A stretch of 64,000 bases of DNA from IMG/VR virus record IMGVR_UViG_3300025120_000019, one strand, 5' to 3'. Origin of the DNA: a virus. A model generated the notes under the pieces. It ran no database searches, had not been told where the DNA came from, and saw nothing but the letters and a program-made list of their open reading frames with translations. Below are positions 16,957-25,983 of the stretch, in pieces. Every line of letters begins with the position of its first letter. The stretch's first letter is position 1. Made by a program: the position numbers and the translations under genes.

Positions 16957-18029
16957 TTGAACTGCTCTGCAAAAGGATCAAACTCAACACCGCATTTCAT
17001 ACTGCATACTTTTAGTTTTCCATTATTACAGCCTTTTACATTCCAACTAGATTCTATTCTATCAAATATTCCAGTCTCAAATACTCGATCTAAACCTATC
17101 CGGGCATTCAAAGATTGTTTTCCCCCTACTGCATCAATATGATCCCATATTTGTTCTATTTTTGGATCTTTATTCCACCATTTGTACATACGCCCAGCTG
17201 TCCAACAACAAGGTAACGCTAATCCTTCAGCTGTAATGAACAAACTGTTATCGGTTTTAACTTTACAATGTATTGGAACAACATCATAATAAGCCTCCAT
17301 ACTTCCGTATTTTTCTAGCAAAACATCTTGCTTGCCAAGTGCCTTATTTAGATATTTTTCTTCTGGTTTTTTTAATTTAGTAGTTTCATTTCCTTTCCTA
17401 TCAACTGCTTGATGAGATTCTTTCTTCTTACTTGTGGCTGTAATAAATCTTCCACTTTTTTTCTTTATAAATTTTTCACACCCCCATTCGTTAGCAAGAC
17501 TTTCTGCTTCTTCAACCTGATGTTCATTGTGTTTAAATATTAAAAAGTCCCATCTAGCTCTACCACCTGCATCTATAAATGCCCGCATATTACGTTCTAC
17601 ATTATTCCATACAACACCCTGTCGATATAAATGATTAGTATCTTTTAAGCCATCAACACTAAAAATTACAGCCCCCATCCTACCGAATACAGTAGCTAAT
17701 TGTCGCCACCAATCTGCACTTTTAGCACCGGCATTTGTATTCATACTCAACCACATTTTTTTATTATGTTCTCTAAAATACTTGAATATTTCTAAAGTAT
17801 CTTTTGCAACAATAGGGTCACCAAGATTTCCGCACATATACATTGTATTAAGTTGAGCTATAAAATCAGGCTTAAAAATAAATTTACAATCTTCTAAACT
17901 TAATTCGTCTAAATTTATATGCGGATTCAATGCACCACCGTTTATATTCCGGTCGCACATAGGACATGATGCTTGACAGTTTTGTGTAACTTCCAAATGG
18001 ATAGTTTTTATGTCTTGATATCTATACAT
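16953..18029 (-). CDS. Radical SAM enzyme, sub-family A (C-terminal twitch-like Cys motif)
   Basis: CQASCPMC; CGNLGDP; FSVDG; C-terminal HC...PCC...CSMKC. Confidence 0.9.
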   Translation of the reverse strand: MYRYQDIKTIHLEVTQNCQASCPMCDRNINGGALNPHINLDELSLEDCKFIFKPDFIAQLNTMYMCGNLGDPIVAKDTLEIFKYFREHNKKMWLSMNTNAGAKSADWWRQLATVFGRMGAVIFSVDGLKDTNHLYRQGVVWNNVERNMRAFIDAGGRARWDFLIFKHNEHQVEEAESLANEWGCEKFIKKKSGRFITATSKKKESHQAVDRKGNETTKLKKPEEKYLNKALGKQDVLLEKYGSMEAYYDVVPIHCKVKTDNSLFITAEGLALPCCWTAGRMYKWWNKDPKIEQIWDHIDAVGGKQSLNARIGLDRVFETGIFDRIESSWNVKGCNNGKLKVCSMKCGVEFDPFAEQFK

Positions 18030-18056
18030 ATATACTTTTCATAGCTTTAGATTACT

Positions 18057-18085
18057 ATTATACTGTACTTATTGGTTTTTGTCAA
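18057..18085 (-). promoter_or_regulatory. Consensus sigma70 promoter with an embedded late-type AATAAGTA (18066-18073)
   Basis: Minus strand TTGACA-17-TATAAT upstream of the 18029 start. Confidence 0.8.
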
Positions 18086-18672
18086 TGCCTATCAAGCTCT
18101 TTCAACCATTGTAAAATTTCTTCTTTATTTGTAAAAAGATCTTGTATCTGCACATTGCTTAGACTATGAGTTTTTTGCGTTAATTTGTATCTTCCAATGT
18201 CTTTTATTTTATGTGCATTGTTTAATGGCCAAATTTTTTTTATTTTTAATCTATGATATGTATCGTAATATTTTAAATAACTTGTTTTGAAATTATCAAA
18301 CCAGTATCTTTCTACTGTATACTTTTGTAGTTCTTTATATATGCCAAAATTATGCCAGTAATTTGCCTTTACTGCTAATGCAAAACTAAAAAATTGCCTT
18401 TCAACATCATCAGTAGTTGTCAAATGTAGTTCATGCTCAAATAGCCAATCATAAAATTTATCACTGTAAATATCATTCCAAATATCAGGATGTACAATAA
18501 TAACACAATTATTATTCAAACTTTTAATTTTATTTTCAGGATTTGATTGTTTTTTTAAACTAGGCCTTGAAGAATTAAAATATTCTCCTAAATATGTATA
18601 GTCGTATTTGTTTGCTAAGTATCTTCCAACTAAATGCGAACCGGTACGGACTAAACCGTAAACAATTTGCAT
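18082..18672 (-). CDS. Sulfotransferase-like P-loop protein
   Basis: N-terminal 'IVYGLVRTGSHLV...YLGEYFN' resembles the 5'-PSB loop (RTGS/RSGS + GE.F). Confidence 0.55.
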   Translation of the reverse strand: MQIVYGLVRTGSHLVGRYLANKYDYTYLGEYFNSSRPSLKKQSNPENKIKSLNNNCVIIVHPDIWNDIYSDKFYDWLFEHELHLTTTDDVERQFFSFALAVKANYWHNFGIYKELQKYTVERYWFDNFKTSYLKYYDTYHRLKIKKIWPLNNAHKIKDIGRYKLTQKTHSLSNVQIQDLFTNKEEILQWLKELDRH

Positions 18673-19244
18673 TAAAGCTTTGCTTTCATTTCATGATAAT
18701 TAATTTTTGCTAAAATACAAAAAAAGCTATAAACATTATTATTAGTATTTTTTGTTATTGCATCATATTTTGAATTGGTAATAAATGTAGTTTTTGGAGA
18801 AAACTGTTTAATATTTTTTCCATCTTTATGCAATTCGATTATTTTATGATCAGATGAGTAGTCAAATAACGGAAGCCAAACACAAGTTGTTTCACCTAGC
18901 ACATTATTATTACGTTTTCTTAATCGTTCTGCTGTATTTCCATATATATTTCTTATAAAAACATATTCAATTGGTATATCGTTATTTTCAAAAAAATTAA
19001 ATACAGGTTGTAATAAATTTAGGTGAGGCATGAATTCTTTACCTGCTTGATATAGTGCTTTCCTTGGCGAAAATCTTATTAAAGTATCTGGTAAAGAAGC
19101 AGGTAAAAATTTAGATTCATTTACATCTACTTGAGTAATAGGCTTTGGTAAACTTTGAACATAATTCCTAAAAGGATTTAAATATGCAGTTGGTATTGTT
19201 TTATAATTTATTTTCCTTGTGTAAAAGTAAAATTCGTCTTCCAT
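18672..19244 (-). CDS. Hypothetical protein, possibly a degenerate DSBH oxygenase
   Basis: ATG 19244 coupled to the upstream stop, GGAGG upstream. 'CVWLPL...FITNSKYDAITKN' parallels neighbouring oxygenases but lacks HxD and the distal His. Confidence 0.65.
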   Translation of the reverse strand: MEDEFYFYTRKINYKTIPTAYLNPFRNYVQSLPKPITQVDVNESKFLPASLPDTLIRFSPRKALYQAGKEFMPHLNLLQPVFNFFENNDIPIEYVFIRNIYGNTAERLRKRNNNVLGETTCVWLPLFDYSSDHKIIELHKDGKNIKQFSPKTTFITNSKYDAITKNTNNNVYSFFCILAKINYHEMKAKL

Positions 19245-19819
19245 TATGATTCCTCCAAAACACAAGCCACTAAGTGTAATCTAGATTCCTTACTAGCATT
19301 CATTGCTGTATGCTGTACTGTAGTGTTTGTGTGATACCATGTATCTTTTTCTAAATGTTTTACTTGATCTTCAATAATCATAAAACATCCGTCTTGTGTT
19401 TTCATAGGATAATGTATTCTAGTGCTATCATCTTTATGCCAACTTAAACAAGTTTTAGGCAGACTATTCATAATACGTATACGCCCAACTTTGAATTTAG
19501 AATTAAGAATATCAAATACTTCTTCAAATTGTGTATCTTTAAATGCAGAGCAAAGATGGGTAAAATTTTTTTCTTTAATTGGTGGTGTTCTACGAGGAAC
19601 TGTTATTTTTCCTGTTTCTTCATTAGTGTATGACTTATCCCAATCATAAAATAAACTACAGCGTCCAAGTAAAAAATTATCAGGATCTCTTTTTGTACTA
19701 TTAATACATATTTGATCCTGTTTATCTTTGTGCCAATAAATTTTTCCATCAGACATTAAACTATTAAATTCTTCAAATAGTGTAAATTTAGGAAAGTCTA
19801 ATTCTTCAAAGTGTTGCAT
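19244..19819 (-). CDS. Aspartyl/asparaginyl beta-hydroxylase-like Fe(II)/2OG oxygenase
   Basis: 'GRIRIM...CLSWHKD...RIHYPM...NTTVQHTAMN...RLHLV'. Confidence 0.8.
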   Translation of the reverse strand: MQHFEELDFPKFTLFEEFNSLMSDGKIYWHKDKQDQICINSTKRDPDNFLLGRCSLFYDWDKSYTNEETGKITVPRRTPPIKEKNFTHLCSAFKDTQFEEVFDILNSKFKVGRIRIMNSLPKTCLSWHKDDSTRIHYPMKTQDGCFMIIEDQVKHLEKDTWYHTNTTVQHTAMNASKESRLHLVACVLEES

Positions 19820-19820
19820 T

Positions 19821-20351
19821 TTATCCCGGTGTTATAGTAATTTGTTTCACTTTGTATTTATCTGACCATTTAATTGCTTGTAAAATCATTTCAGCGGCAT
19901 GATTAACATCGATATATTTTTCAGGTTTTATATATTTTAATATTTTTTCACTACCAACATAACCAAATTTAATTAATATGCAGTTACATTTTCCCATATG
20001 ATCTAAATGTAAGCTTGCCATATCTAAAGAAGCTTTATGTGCTTGATATGTGTGAGGAAAATCTTTAAATGTTTCAGTTGTATAACTACTCATGTTAACT
20101 ATTGTTTTTGGCAAATGTTTCCATTTTCTATGTAGCTCGTACAACAAATCAGTTTGATGGTATAAATTGTATGAGTTGTTAATAAACACATCACAATCTG
20201 TAGCATCATTAATAATTTTTCTTCTATCTTCTTTTTCTTTTATATCATGTCCAGTAACCCTGCTGAATCCTATAAAATTATCTTTTACTTCGTCTAGTTG
20301 ACTAAAAGCTTTTCCTATACCTTTTGTATGACCAGTAATTGCATACTTCAT
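19821..20351 (-). CDS. Short-chain dehydrogenase/reductase (short form)
   Basis: ITGHTKGIG, FINN, NMSS, YQAHK (YxxxK). Confidence 0.85.
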   Translation of the reverse strand: MKYAITGHTKGIGKAFSQLDEVKDNFIGFSRVTGHDIKEKEDRRKIINDATDCDVFINNSYNLYHQTDLLYELHRKWKHLPKTIVNMSSYTTETFKDFPHTYQAHKASLDMASLHLDHMGKCNCILIKFGYVGSEKILKYIKPEKYIDVNHAAEMILQAIKWSDKYKVKQITITPG

Positions 20352-21007
20352 TGAAAATTACCTCTAAATCTTAAACTTAATCCCATTTTCCATTTACAAT
20401 CCATTTTACCTGTACAATGAATATGTTTACTATCAAATAATATAAGATTACCAGGAGTAAAATCAAGTGCAACACCACTGCATGATTTAAACATATTTCT
20501 ATCACGTCCTCTATGTTCAAGGTAATTCACATAAAAATCCTCATCAATATCTTTTTCTGTTTTGTTTTCTACAATACTATCTTTAAAAATAAATCTTCGT
20601 TTTTTGTTATGTTCAAACTCTTTCATTGCCATATACAATTTACCTACCCATGTTGCACCAGCACTATAATCATTTACATATTGATCAAACACACAAAACT
20701 TTTGTTCAATATCATTTTCAACTTTTATAGGTATTAATACATTGAAACACGGATATCCTGCTTTAGATATATCTACATGAGGAAAATAAGGAAAATCATG
20801 TTGGTATATATTATCTCCTATATTTTCTAAGCTTGTATCAAAATAATTAGATAGAGTTGATTCTAAATTGCGTACAACATCCAAAGTCCAAGGTTGTTCT
20901 ATTTTATGCATTCCGTTAGTAGTATAGGTTTCATTTTTATTGTAAAAAGTAAAAATATCATCAATTAATTTTTGATCTATTACATTTTCAAATATTTTAT
21001 AGTGCAT
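20348..21007 (-). CDS. Fe(II)/2OG-type oxygenase
   Basis: PHVD ... NVLIPI ... 'PGNLILFDSKHIHCT' ... 'KMGLSLRF'. Confidence 0.7.
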   Translation of the reverse strand: MHYKIFENVIDQKLIDDIFTFYNKNETYTTNGMHKIEQPWTLDVVRNLESTLSNYFDTSLENIGDNIYQHDFPYFPHVDISKAGYPCFNVLIPIKVENDIEQKFCVFDQYVNDYSAGATWVGKLYMAMKEFEHNKKRRFIFKDSIVENKTEKDIDEDFYVNYLEHRGRDRNMFKSCSGVALDFTPGNLILFDSKHIHCTGKMDCKWKMGLSLRFRGNFQ

Positions 21008-22127
21008 TAACTTTCCTTTTTGGTATTTTGCTATCAGCAGAACTAACGCAACTTTCAGTCATACACGGATAAGGCTTATCAAAAAGTTTAAATCCAGTTT
21101 CAATATTACCAAGTGGAGCATCATGACAACTGTAGCTACGTTTTATACTACCGTCTGGTTCCCGAATAATTATACCTTGATATCCTGCATTACAATTCCA
21201 ACCTTTAAATTTATTAAAGTTAAATGCATTAAATCTTTCTGCTTGGTCCATATACCATTTTTCTCCGTTCTTATCTTGCAATTCCACTTGCATATGCCAA
21301 GGAACAAATTTATCGTTTTTAGTTCCAATTCCAAAAGGATTAGGCGGTATAATAAAGCTAGGTTTTGGTCTGTCTGACCATTTACGTTTTGTCTCAGTAT
21401 ATCCTGCTTGTGGCATTCCATTCCATAAACGTTTTAAGTCTTCCGGTTTGTATCCCTCAACCACCTTGCTCGCAGTAGGATCGGATTGCGGTTTAAGGGT
21501 AACGTTGATTCCTTGCTCGTGAAAGAAGAGAGCATTTTCCCAATCCTGTTCAAACCAGTCTGGTACCATAACCATATTAATTGTAACTTGTACATCATAT
21601 TCTTGACACAGGATTAATTTGTCTGCAAACTCCTGCATCTTCTCCTTTGTATTTAAATGTTCTGTATGCAAACTAGCTGTTATACTTGCTCTATGAAATG
21701 GCTTTACTGCTTCTACATATTGTTCAAACCATTTCATAGGTCTTGAACAATTTGATGTCATGTGGCTACTAGTATAATTAGTATTGTCGACATCATTAGC
21801 CAAATGTTTAAGGATGTCAAGATATCCCGGGTGAAACGTAGGCTCACCACCAGAGAGACTAAAATGAAAAGAATTAAAACCGTTATCACGTGCTTGCCTC
21901 TTTATCTCATCGATCGTAGAAAGACATAGCTCTGTTGGCCGGTGATCTTTACGATCTGATCTGGCGTATGGCCAACAATAACTACAACGATAGTTGCAAA
22001 AGCGGCCAAGAAGCCAGCTAACAGTAAACAAATCTCTATATAAGAGTGTTCTTTGACCCACTTGGACGATATCGTCGAATGGTATTTTTGTAAAGTCATA
22101 GTTGCTCCATTTAAGATCTTCAGACAT
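20997..22127 (-). CDS. Radical SAM enzyme, sub-family C
   Basis: 'VSWLLGRFCNYRCSYC', SGGEPT, C-terminal 'FKGWNC...SC...PC...C'. Confidence 0.9.
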   Translation of the reverse strand: MSEDLKWSNYDFTKIPFDDIVQVGQRTLLYRDLFTVSWLLGRFCNYRCSYCWPYARSDRKDHRPTELCLSTIDEIKRQARDNGFNSFHFSLSGGEPTFHPGYLDILKHLANDVDNTNYTSSHMTSNCSRPMKWFEQYVEAVKPFHRASITASLHTEHLNTKEKMQEFADKLILCQEYDVQVTINMVMVPDWFEQDWENALFFHEQGINVTLKPQSDPTASKVVEGYKPEDLKRLWNGMPQAGYTETKRKWSDRPKPSFIIPPNPFGIGTKNDKFVPWHMQVELQDKNGEKWYMDQAERFNAFNFNKFKGWNCNAGYQGIIIREPDGSIKRSYSCHDAPLGNIETGFKLFDKPYPCMTESCVSSADSKIPKRKVNAL

Positions 22128-22133
22128 ATCCTT

Positions 22134-22162
22134 ATTATAACACCTTTCTATGTTTTAGTCAA
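22134..22162 (-). promoter_or_regulatory. Sigma70 promoter, extended -10, probably leaderless
   Basis: Minus strand TTGACT-17-TATAAT, then 6 nt to ATG 22127. Confidence 0.65.
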
Positions 22163-23493
22163 ACAAAAAGTTTACTGTATTGTGGTACTACGTCAATAAT
22201 ACTTTGGTTTCTTGTTTTATCTAAATAATTTGTCCAGTTTATAAACTCTTGTAAATAATTATCCGAATAATCTTCTGTATTTGCAAATTTCAGTATACTA
22301 TCTAATATTTGTTCTGCATTGTCTTTTACTTCTGGAGATAGTTTATTATCATATCTAAATTTTTCTTTCCAATTATCATAATGTAACGTAAGATCTTTTT
22401 TTAATTGGAATGGTAATAATTTTATATTTGTCCTTTTTGGACCATGTGCAACATGATGTGTAATAATAGGCCTTTTTCGTGATGAATTAATTTTTTTAAA
22501 ATTACTTTCTTTTAATTTCCACCACATAAATTCTGGTATATGAAATACATTATAAGCAGTAACAGTACAAGCAAGCCACCCATATATATTCCAATTTGTT
22601 TTACATATCTCATCTAGCTTTTGTAAATTTTTATATGCTTGATCCCATTTTAACGGCCATCTTTGATATTCAACCATAGGTCCAAATCCATCAATACTTG
22701 CACCAACTCTTACTTGCTTAAATTTTTTCCACATTTCTAAAACTCTATCAGGCAAATTAGTCATATTAGTATTATATTCAATTATTATTTTTTTGGAATA
22801 CCCACTATCTATACACTTTTGTAAAAATTCATAATGTCTTGCAATCATCATAGGTTCACCACCTGCCATATATACGTGTTGAATATTTGGGATATTACTT
22901 TCTATACTATCCCAAAAAACTTCTCCACCATGCCAGTCATAATCATTTGTAAAAAGTCTACCTTTTTGATTACGCTTTAGTGTAACCCTTCCGTGGGTAT
23001 CGTCATAACCATCTGTATTATGATAATCTATCCATTGCTCATACCATGTATGGCTGTCAGTAGGACCACACATCCTACAAGCTAAATTACACATATTTCC
23101 AAATCTTAAATCATAATAATTCACAGGAATATTATCTATACTGATATTACCATCTATATCGGTTTGTTCTCTTGCTTTGTCTAATGTAAATTTAGGCCAG
23201 TTTTGTTGTTCGTATTGTCTTCGACTATTTAATCCTGATTCTTCTTCTTGTTTACACCTTCCACACTCACTACTCCACTTATTTTCCAGCATATTTTGCC
23301 TTACAGATTTCATTAAATCTGCATTACGAGCATCTTCAAGACTATCTCTACTTGCATTATAAGGAGTACCGTCACTATGACGTATAACTCCTTGGTTTTT
23401 AGTAACATTGGCTTGACAACAAATTCTTATATCGCCATTGTTTCTAACAGCCTGAAATAGCCACGGAATTGGACAAAAAGTTGATTCATTCAT
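22159..23493 (-). CDS. Radical SAM enzyme, sub-family B (N-terminal twitch/SPASM-like Cys motif)
   Basis: FCPIPW...ICC...CGRC, then RFGNMCNLACRMC; AGGEP; YNTN; SIDG. Confidence 0.9.
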   Translation of the reverse strand: MNESTFCPIPWLFQAVRNNGDIRICCQANVTKNQGVIRHSDGTPYNASRDSLEDARNADLMKSVRQNMLENKWSSECGRCKQEEESGLNSRRQYEQQNWPKFTLDKAREQTDIDGNISIDNIPVNYYDLRFGNMCNLACRMCGPTDSHTWYEQWIDYHNTDGYDDTHGRVTLKRNQKGRLFTNDYDWHGGEVFWDSIESNIPNIQHVYMAGGEPMMIARHYEFLQKCIDSGYSKKIIIEYNTNMTNLPDRVLEMWKKFKQVRVGASIDGFGPMVEYQRWPLKWDQAYKNLQKLDEICKTNWNIYGWLACTVTAYNVFHIPEFMWWKLKESNFKKINSSRKRPIITHHVAHGPKRTNIKLLPFQLKKDLTLHYDNWKEKFRYDNKLSPEVKDNAEQILDSILKFANTEDYSDNYLQEFINWTNYLDKTRNQSIIDVVPQYSKLFV

Positions 23494-23513
23494 GTGTTGT
23501 ATTTAATTTATAA

Positions 23514-24167
23514 TTAAAAATATTTTTTAACTTTGATTTTTTGTTTTGCTTTTGTAGGAAACACAAATCCTGTTTCATGATGCTCTCTACGTTGGCGATT
23601 AGAATCTTTAAAACCAATACCCATCATTAATAATATTCCTTTTTTAGCATTAATTAATTTGCCTATTGCTTTATCATCAAAACAAGCACAACAGCCTGTT
23701 GAATAACCTAACATAGCACTAGTAACATTTGCATATCCTGCGGCAATACCTACAGCCATGTGTTGATCTCTACTAAATGTGCCATTTTCTTTTTCTGTCA
23801 AAGGTAAATTATTATCTAATTTTAAAATTTCATCATTTCTAAAAACTTTTGTATCTTTTATTAAATGACCACTGTGTGCTTCAAAAACAATTAGTAGATT
23901 AGCTAATGTTTGACTATTAGTTTCTGCATCAACTACACCTTTTTTAAAAGTTGTAAAGCCTTTTGTATGACTATGAATATTTTCAATAAGTTGTCTATCT
24001 GTAATCATGTGTACTTTATAATAGGCAACATTTTGTTTACTTGGACAATTTGTTACAGCGTGTTGGATAAGATCTAAATCTTCTTGTGGTATTTTTTTAG
24101 AAAGATCCCAATTACGTTGGCAATGCTGGCTTCGAATTACAGCTTTTTCAATTTGCTTATGATCCAT
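23514..24167 (-). CDS. Nitroreductase-fold flavoprotein
   Basis: 'RSQHCQRNWD...CPSKQN...AVGIAAG...LGYSTGCCAC...MMGIGF' matches the NTR R.S.R / PS..N / LG..T / GIG pattern. Confidence 0.8.
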   Translation of the reverse strand: MDHKQIEKAVIRSQHCQRNWDLSKKIPQEDLDLIQHAVTNCPSKQNVAYYKVHMITDRQLIENIHSHTKGFTTFKKGVVDAETNSQTLANLLIVFEAHSGHLIKDTKVFRNDEILKLDNNLPLTEKENGTFSRDQHMAVGIAAGYANVTSAMLGYSTGCCACFDDKAIGKLINAKKGILLMMGIGFKDSNRQRREHHETGFVFPTKAKQKIKVKKYF

Positions 24168-24185
24168 AGCGTTCTCCTCTATGTG

Positions 24186-24193
24186 TATTTATG
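24186..24193 (-). promoter_or_regulatory. Putative late promoter CATAAATA
   Basis: Minus strand, upstream of the GAGGAG RBS of the 24167 gene. Confidence 0.5.
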
Positions 24194-25430
24194 TAAGAGA
24201 TTTTAAATAATTAAGTTGCCCAGGTTCTAATTGAGTGCGATCAAAATATGGTTCAACTATTTTCCATAGCCACGGATTTAGGTCTTTCCAATGCTCATTC
24301 CTAATAATATTCATTCTTATATCATTGCGTAAAAACATTCCAAAATCACCGGGCTGTTCTAATTCGTCTATTAAATTATCAAAAAGCTCTGTACAATTAT
24401 TAAGACTTCTTACAGATGGCATATCCTGCTTTAAACTTTTTTGTTTTTCTCTGCACATAGTTTGTAAATTTTGTTTTACTTTCTTAGGAAGATTCCTTGG
24501 CATCATCCAATTAGGCCCATCAACAACTACATTTTTTTGATATACTTGTTTATCTATTGCGAATTTAATTAATTCGTCGCACTTGTTTACATTGTATATA
24601 GAAATAGCTGAATGTATTGTAACATACCCTTTGCCAAATGTATCAACTGCCCAATCTAATGTTTCATTAGCAATTTTCCAATCACTATTTTTTCTTAAAA
24701 AGTTATTAAGTTCTCCATACTGGTCTATACTTAATGATATAAAAACATCATTACATTCTAATAACAATTCTAGTAGTTCTTTATTTGGACGTTTACTTGA
24801 ATTAGTGGTTATATGAATAGTAAGATTAGGTCTATTACATCCTTTTAATAATTCTATAATCTTATCTTGCTCCATTAAAGGTTCGCCTCCTAGGATTTTA
24901 ATAAATGTTATATTACTAAAATCAGTTGACTTGAACCAGTTATTAGATATGATACCTTTGTGCTTAAAAGGGTAACCCATCTTCTTGGCATCGCTATACC
25001 ATTGTGTGCTTAATTCAGGTCCACACATCCTACATTTTTGATTACATACATTGCTAAATGTTATATCTATATTAGTAAGCAATTCCTTTTTACCTAAAAT
25101 AGTTTTATCTTTAGGCATTTTTAAAAAATGTTGTGCATTACTATATATTTCAGTACGCATACTTTTTCCTGTTACTAATTCATCATGATAACATTTAGCA
25201 CAGCCAGGTATAGGTTGATCAAGTTTTACATGGTTTCTATTTTGTAACATAAAAGGATGGTTAAATGGATCTTCTAATTCTACAGTTAGATCTTTAGGTA
25301 CCTCGTCATTTCTAAAAATACAGCAAGGAAATATTCTACCGTCAGGACGTACTGCCATATGGTGCATTGGCATAAGACACCCGTACTTAGGACGTTTTTG
25401 TAAAGGCCAGTCCTTAAGTACCTTAACCAT
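24189..25430 (-). CDS. Radical SAM enzyme, sub-family B
   Basis: GCLMP...PCC...CAKC; FSNVCNQKCRMC; LGGEP; TTN; SID. Confidence 0.9.
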   Translation of the reverse strand: MVKVLKDWPLQKRPKYGCLMPMHHMAVRPDGRIFPCCIFRNDEVPKDLTVELEDPFNHPFMLQNRNHVKLDQPIPGCAKCYHDELVTGKSMRTEIYSNAQHFLKMPKDKTILGKKELLTNIDITFSNVCNQKCRMCGPELSTQWYSDAKKMGYPFKHKGIISNNWFKSTDFSNITFIKILGGEPLMEQDKIIELLKGCNRPNLTIHITTNSSKRPNKELLELLLECNDVFISLSIDQYGELNNFLRKNSDWKIANETLDWAVDTFGKGYVTIHSAISIYNVNKCDELIKFAIDKQVYQKNVVVDGPNWMMPRNLPKKVKQNLQTMCREKQKSLKQDMPSVRSLNNCTELFDNLIDELEQPGDFGMFLRNDIRMNIIRNEHWKDLNPWLWKIVEPYFDRTQLEPGQLNYLKSLT

Positions 25431-25983
25431 ACCAATGCTCCGGTTGCATAGGATCTATGCTTAATTCGTTAATACAAAATTCCTTAGGCTGATCTACAAT
25501 CCATTTAATGTATTCAGCAGAAGTTTCAATATCCATTACTCTACGTTTTGGATGCTTTTCTTGATTATTACTTAGTGTCCCAAAACTTATATGACTTATT
25601 TTAGGTCCGCTATGCCATATACCATTTAGTCCAAGAGTATTTGAATAATCTCTTAATGCTTTTTTCTCAGCATTGTACAGCCAGCTACCACCCTTTTTTA
25701 CTCTATCAGTAGTACTGCCTATATTAATTATATGACACCAATGTTTTTCTAACATACATTTATGATAAACAATATTTAATAAAGTTGTTTGGTTAAATTT
25801 AAACAAAGCACTACAATTAATAAACACGTTGTGATTACCTTCGCAAACACGTTCTGCACAGCGTTCCATATCTAGTTTTCTAGCTAAATCATATCCTGTA
25901 CTTTGACTTATAAATTCTGCCTCAGGATATAATTTGTTTAATGCTTGTGCTATTCCTTTTGTTTTATTGCCTGTTATTATCAT
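25423..25983 (-). CDS. Short-chain dehydrogenase/reductase (short form)
   Basis: ITGNKTKGIA, FINCS, NIGS, YNAEK. Confidence 0.8.
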   Translation of the reverse strand: MIITGNKTKGIAQALNKLYPEAEFISQSTGYDLARKLDMERCAERVCEGNHNVFINCSALFKFNQTTLLNIVYHKCMLEKHWCHIINIGSTTDRVKKGGSWLYNAEKKALRDYSNTLGLNGIWHSGPKISHISFGTLSNNQEKHPKRRVMDIETSAEYIKWIVDQPKEFCINELSIDPMQPEHWYG

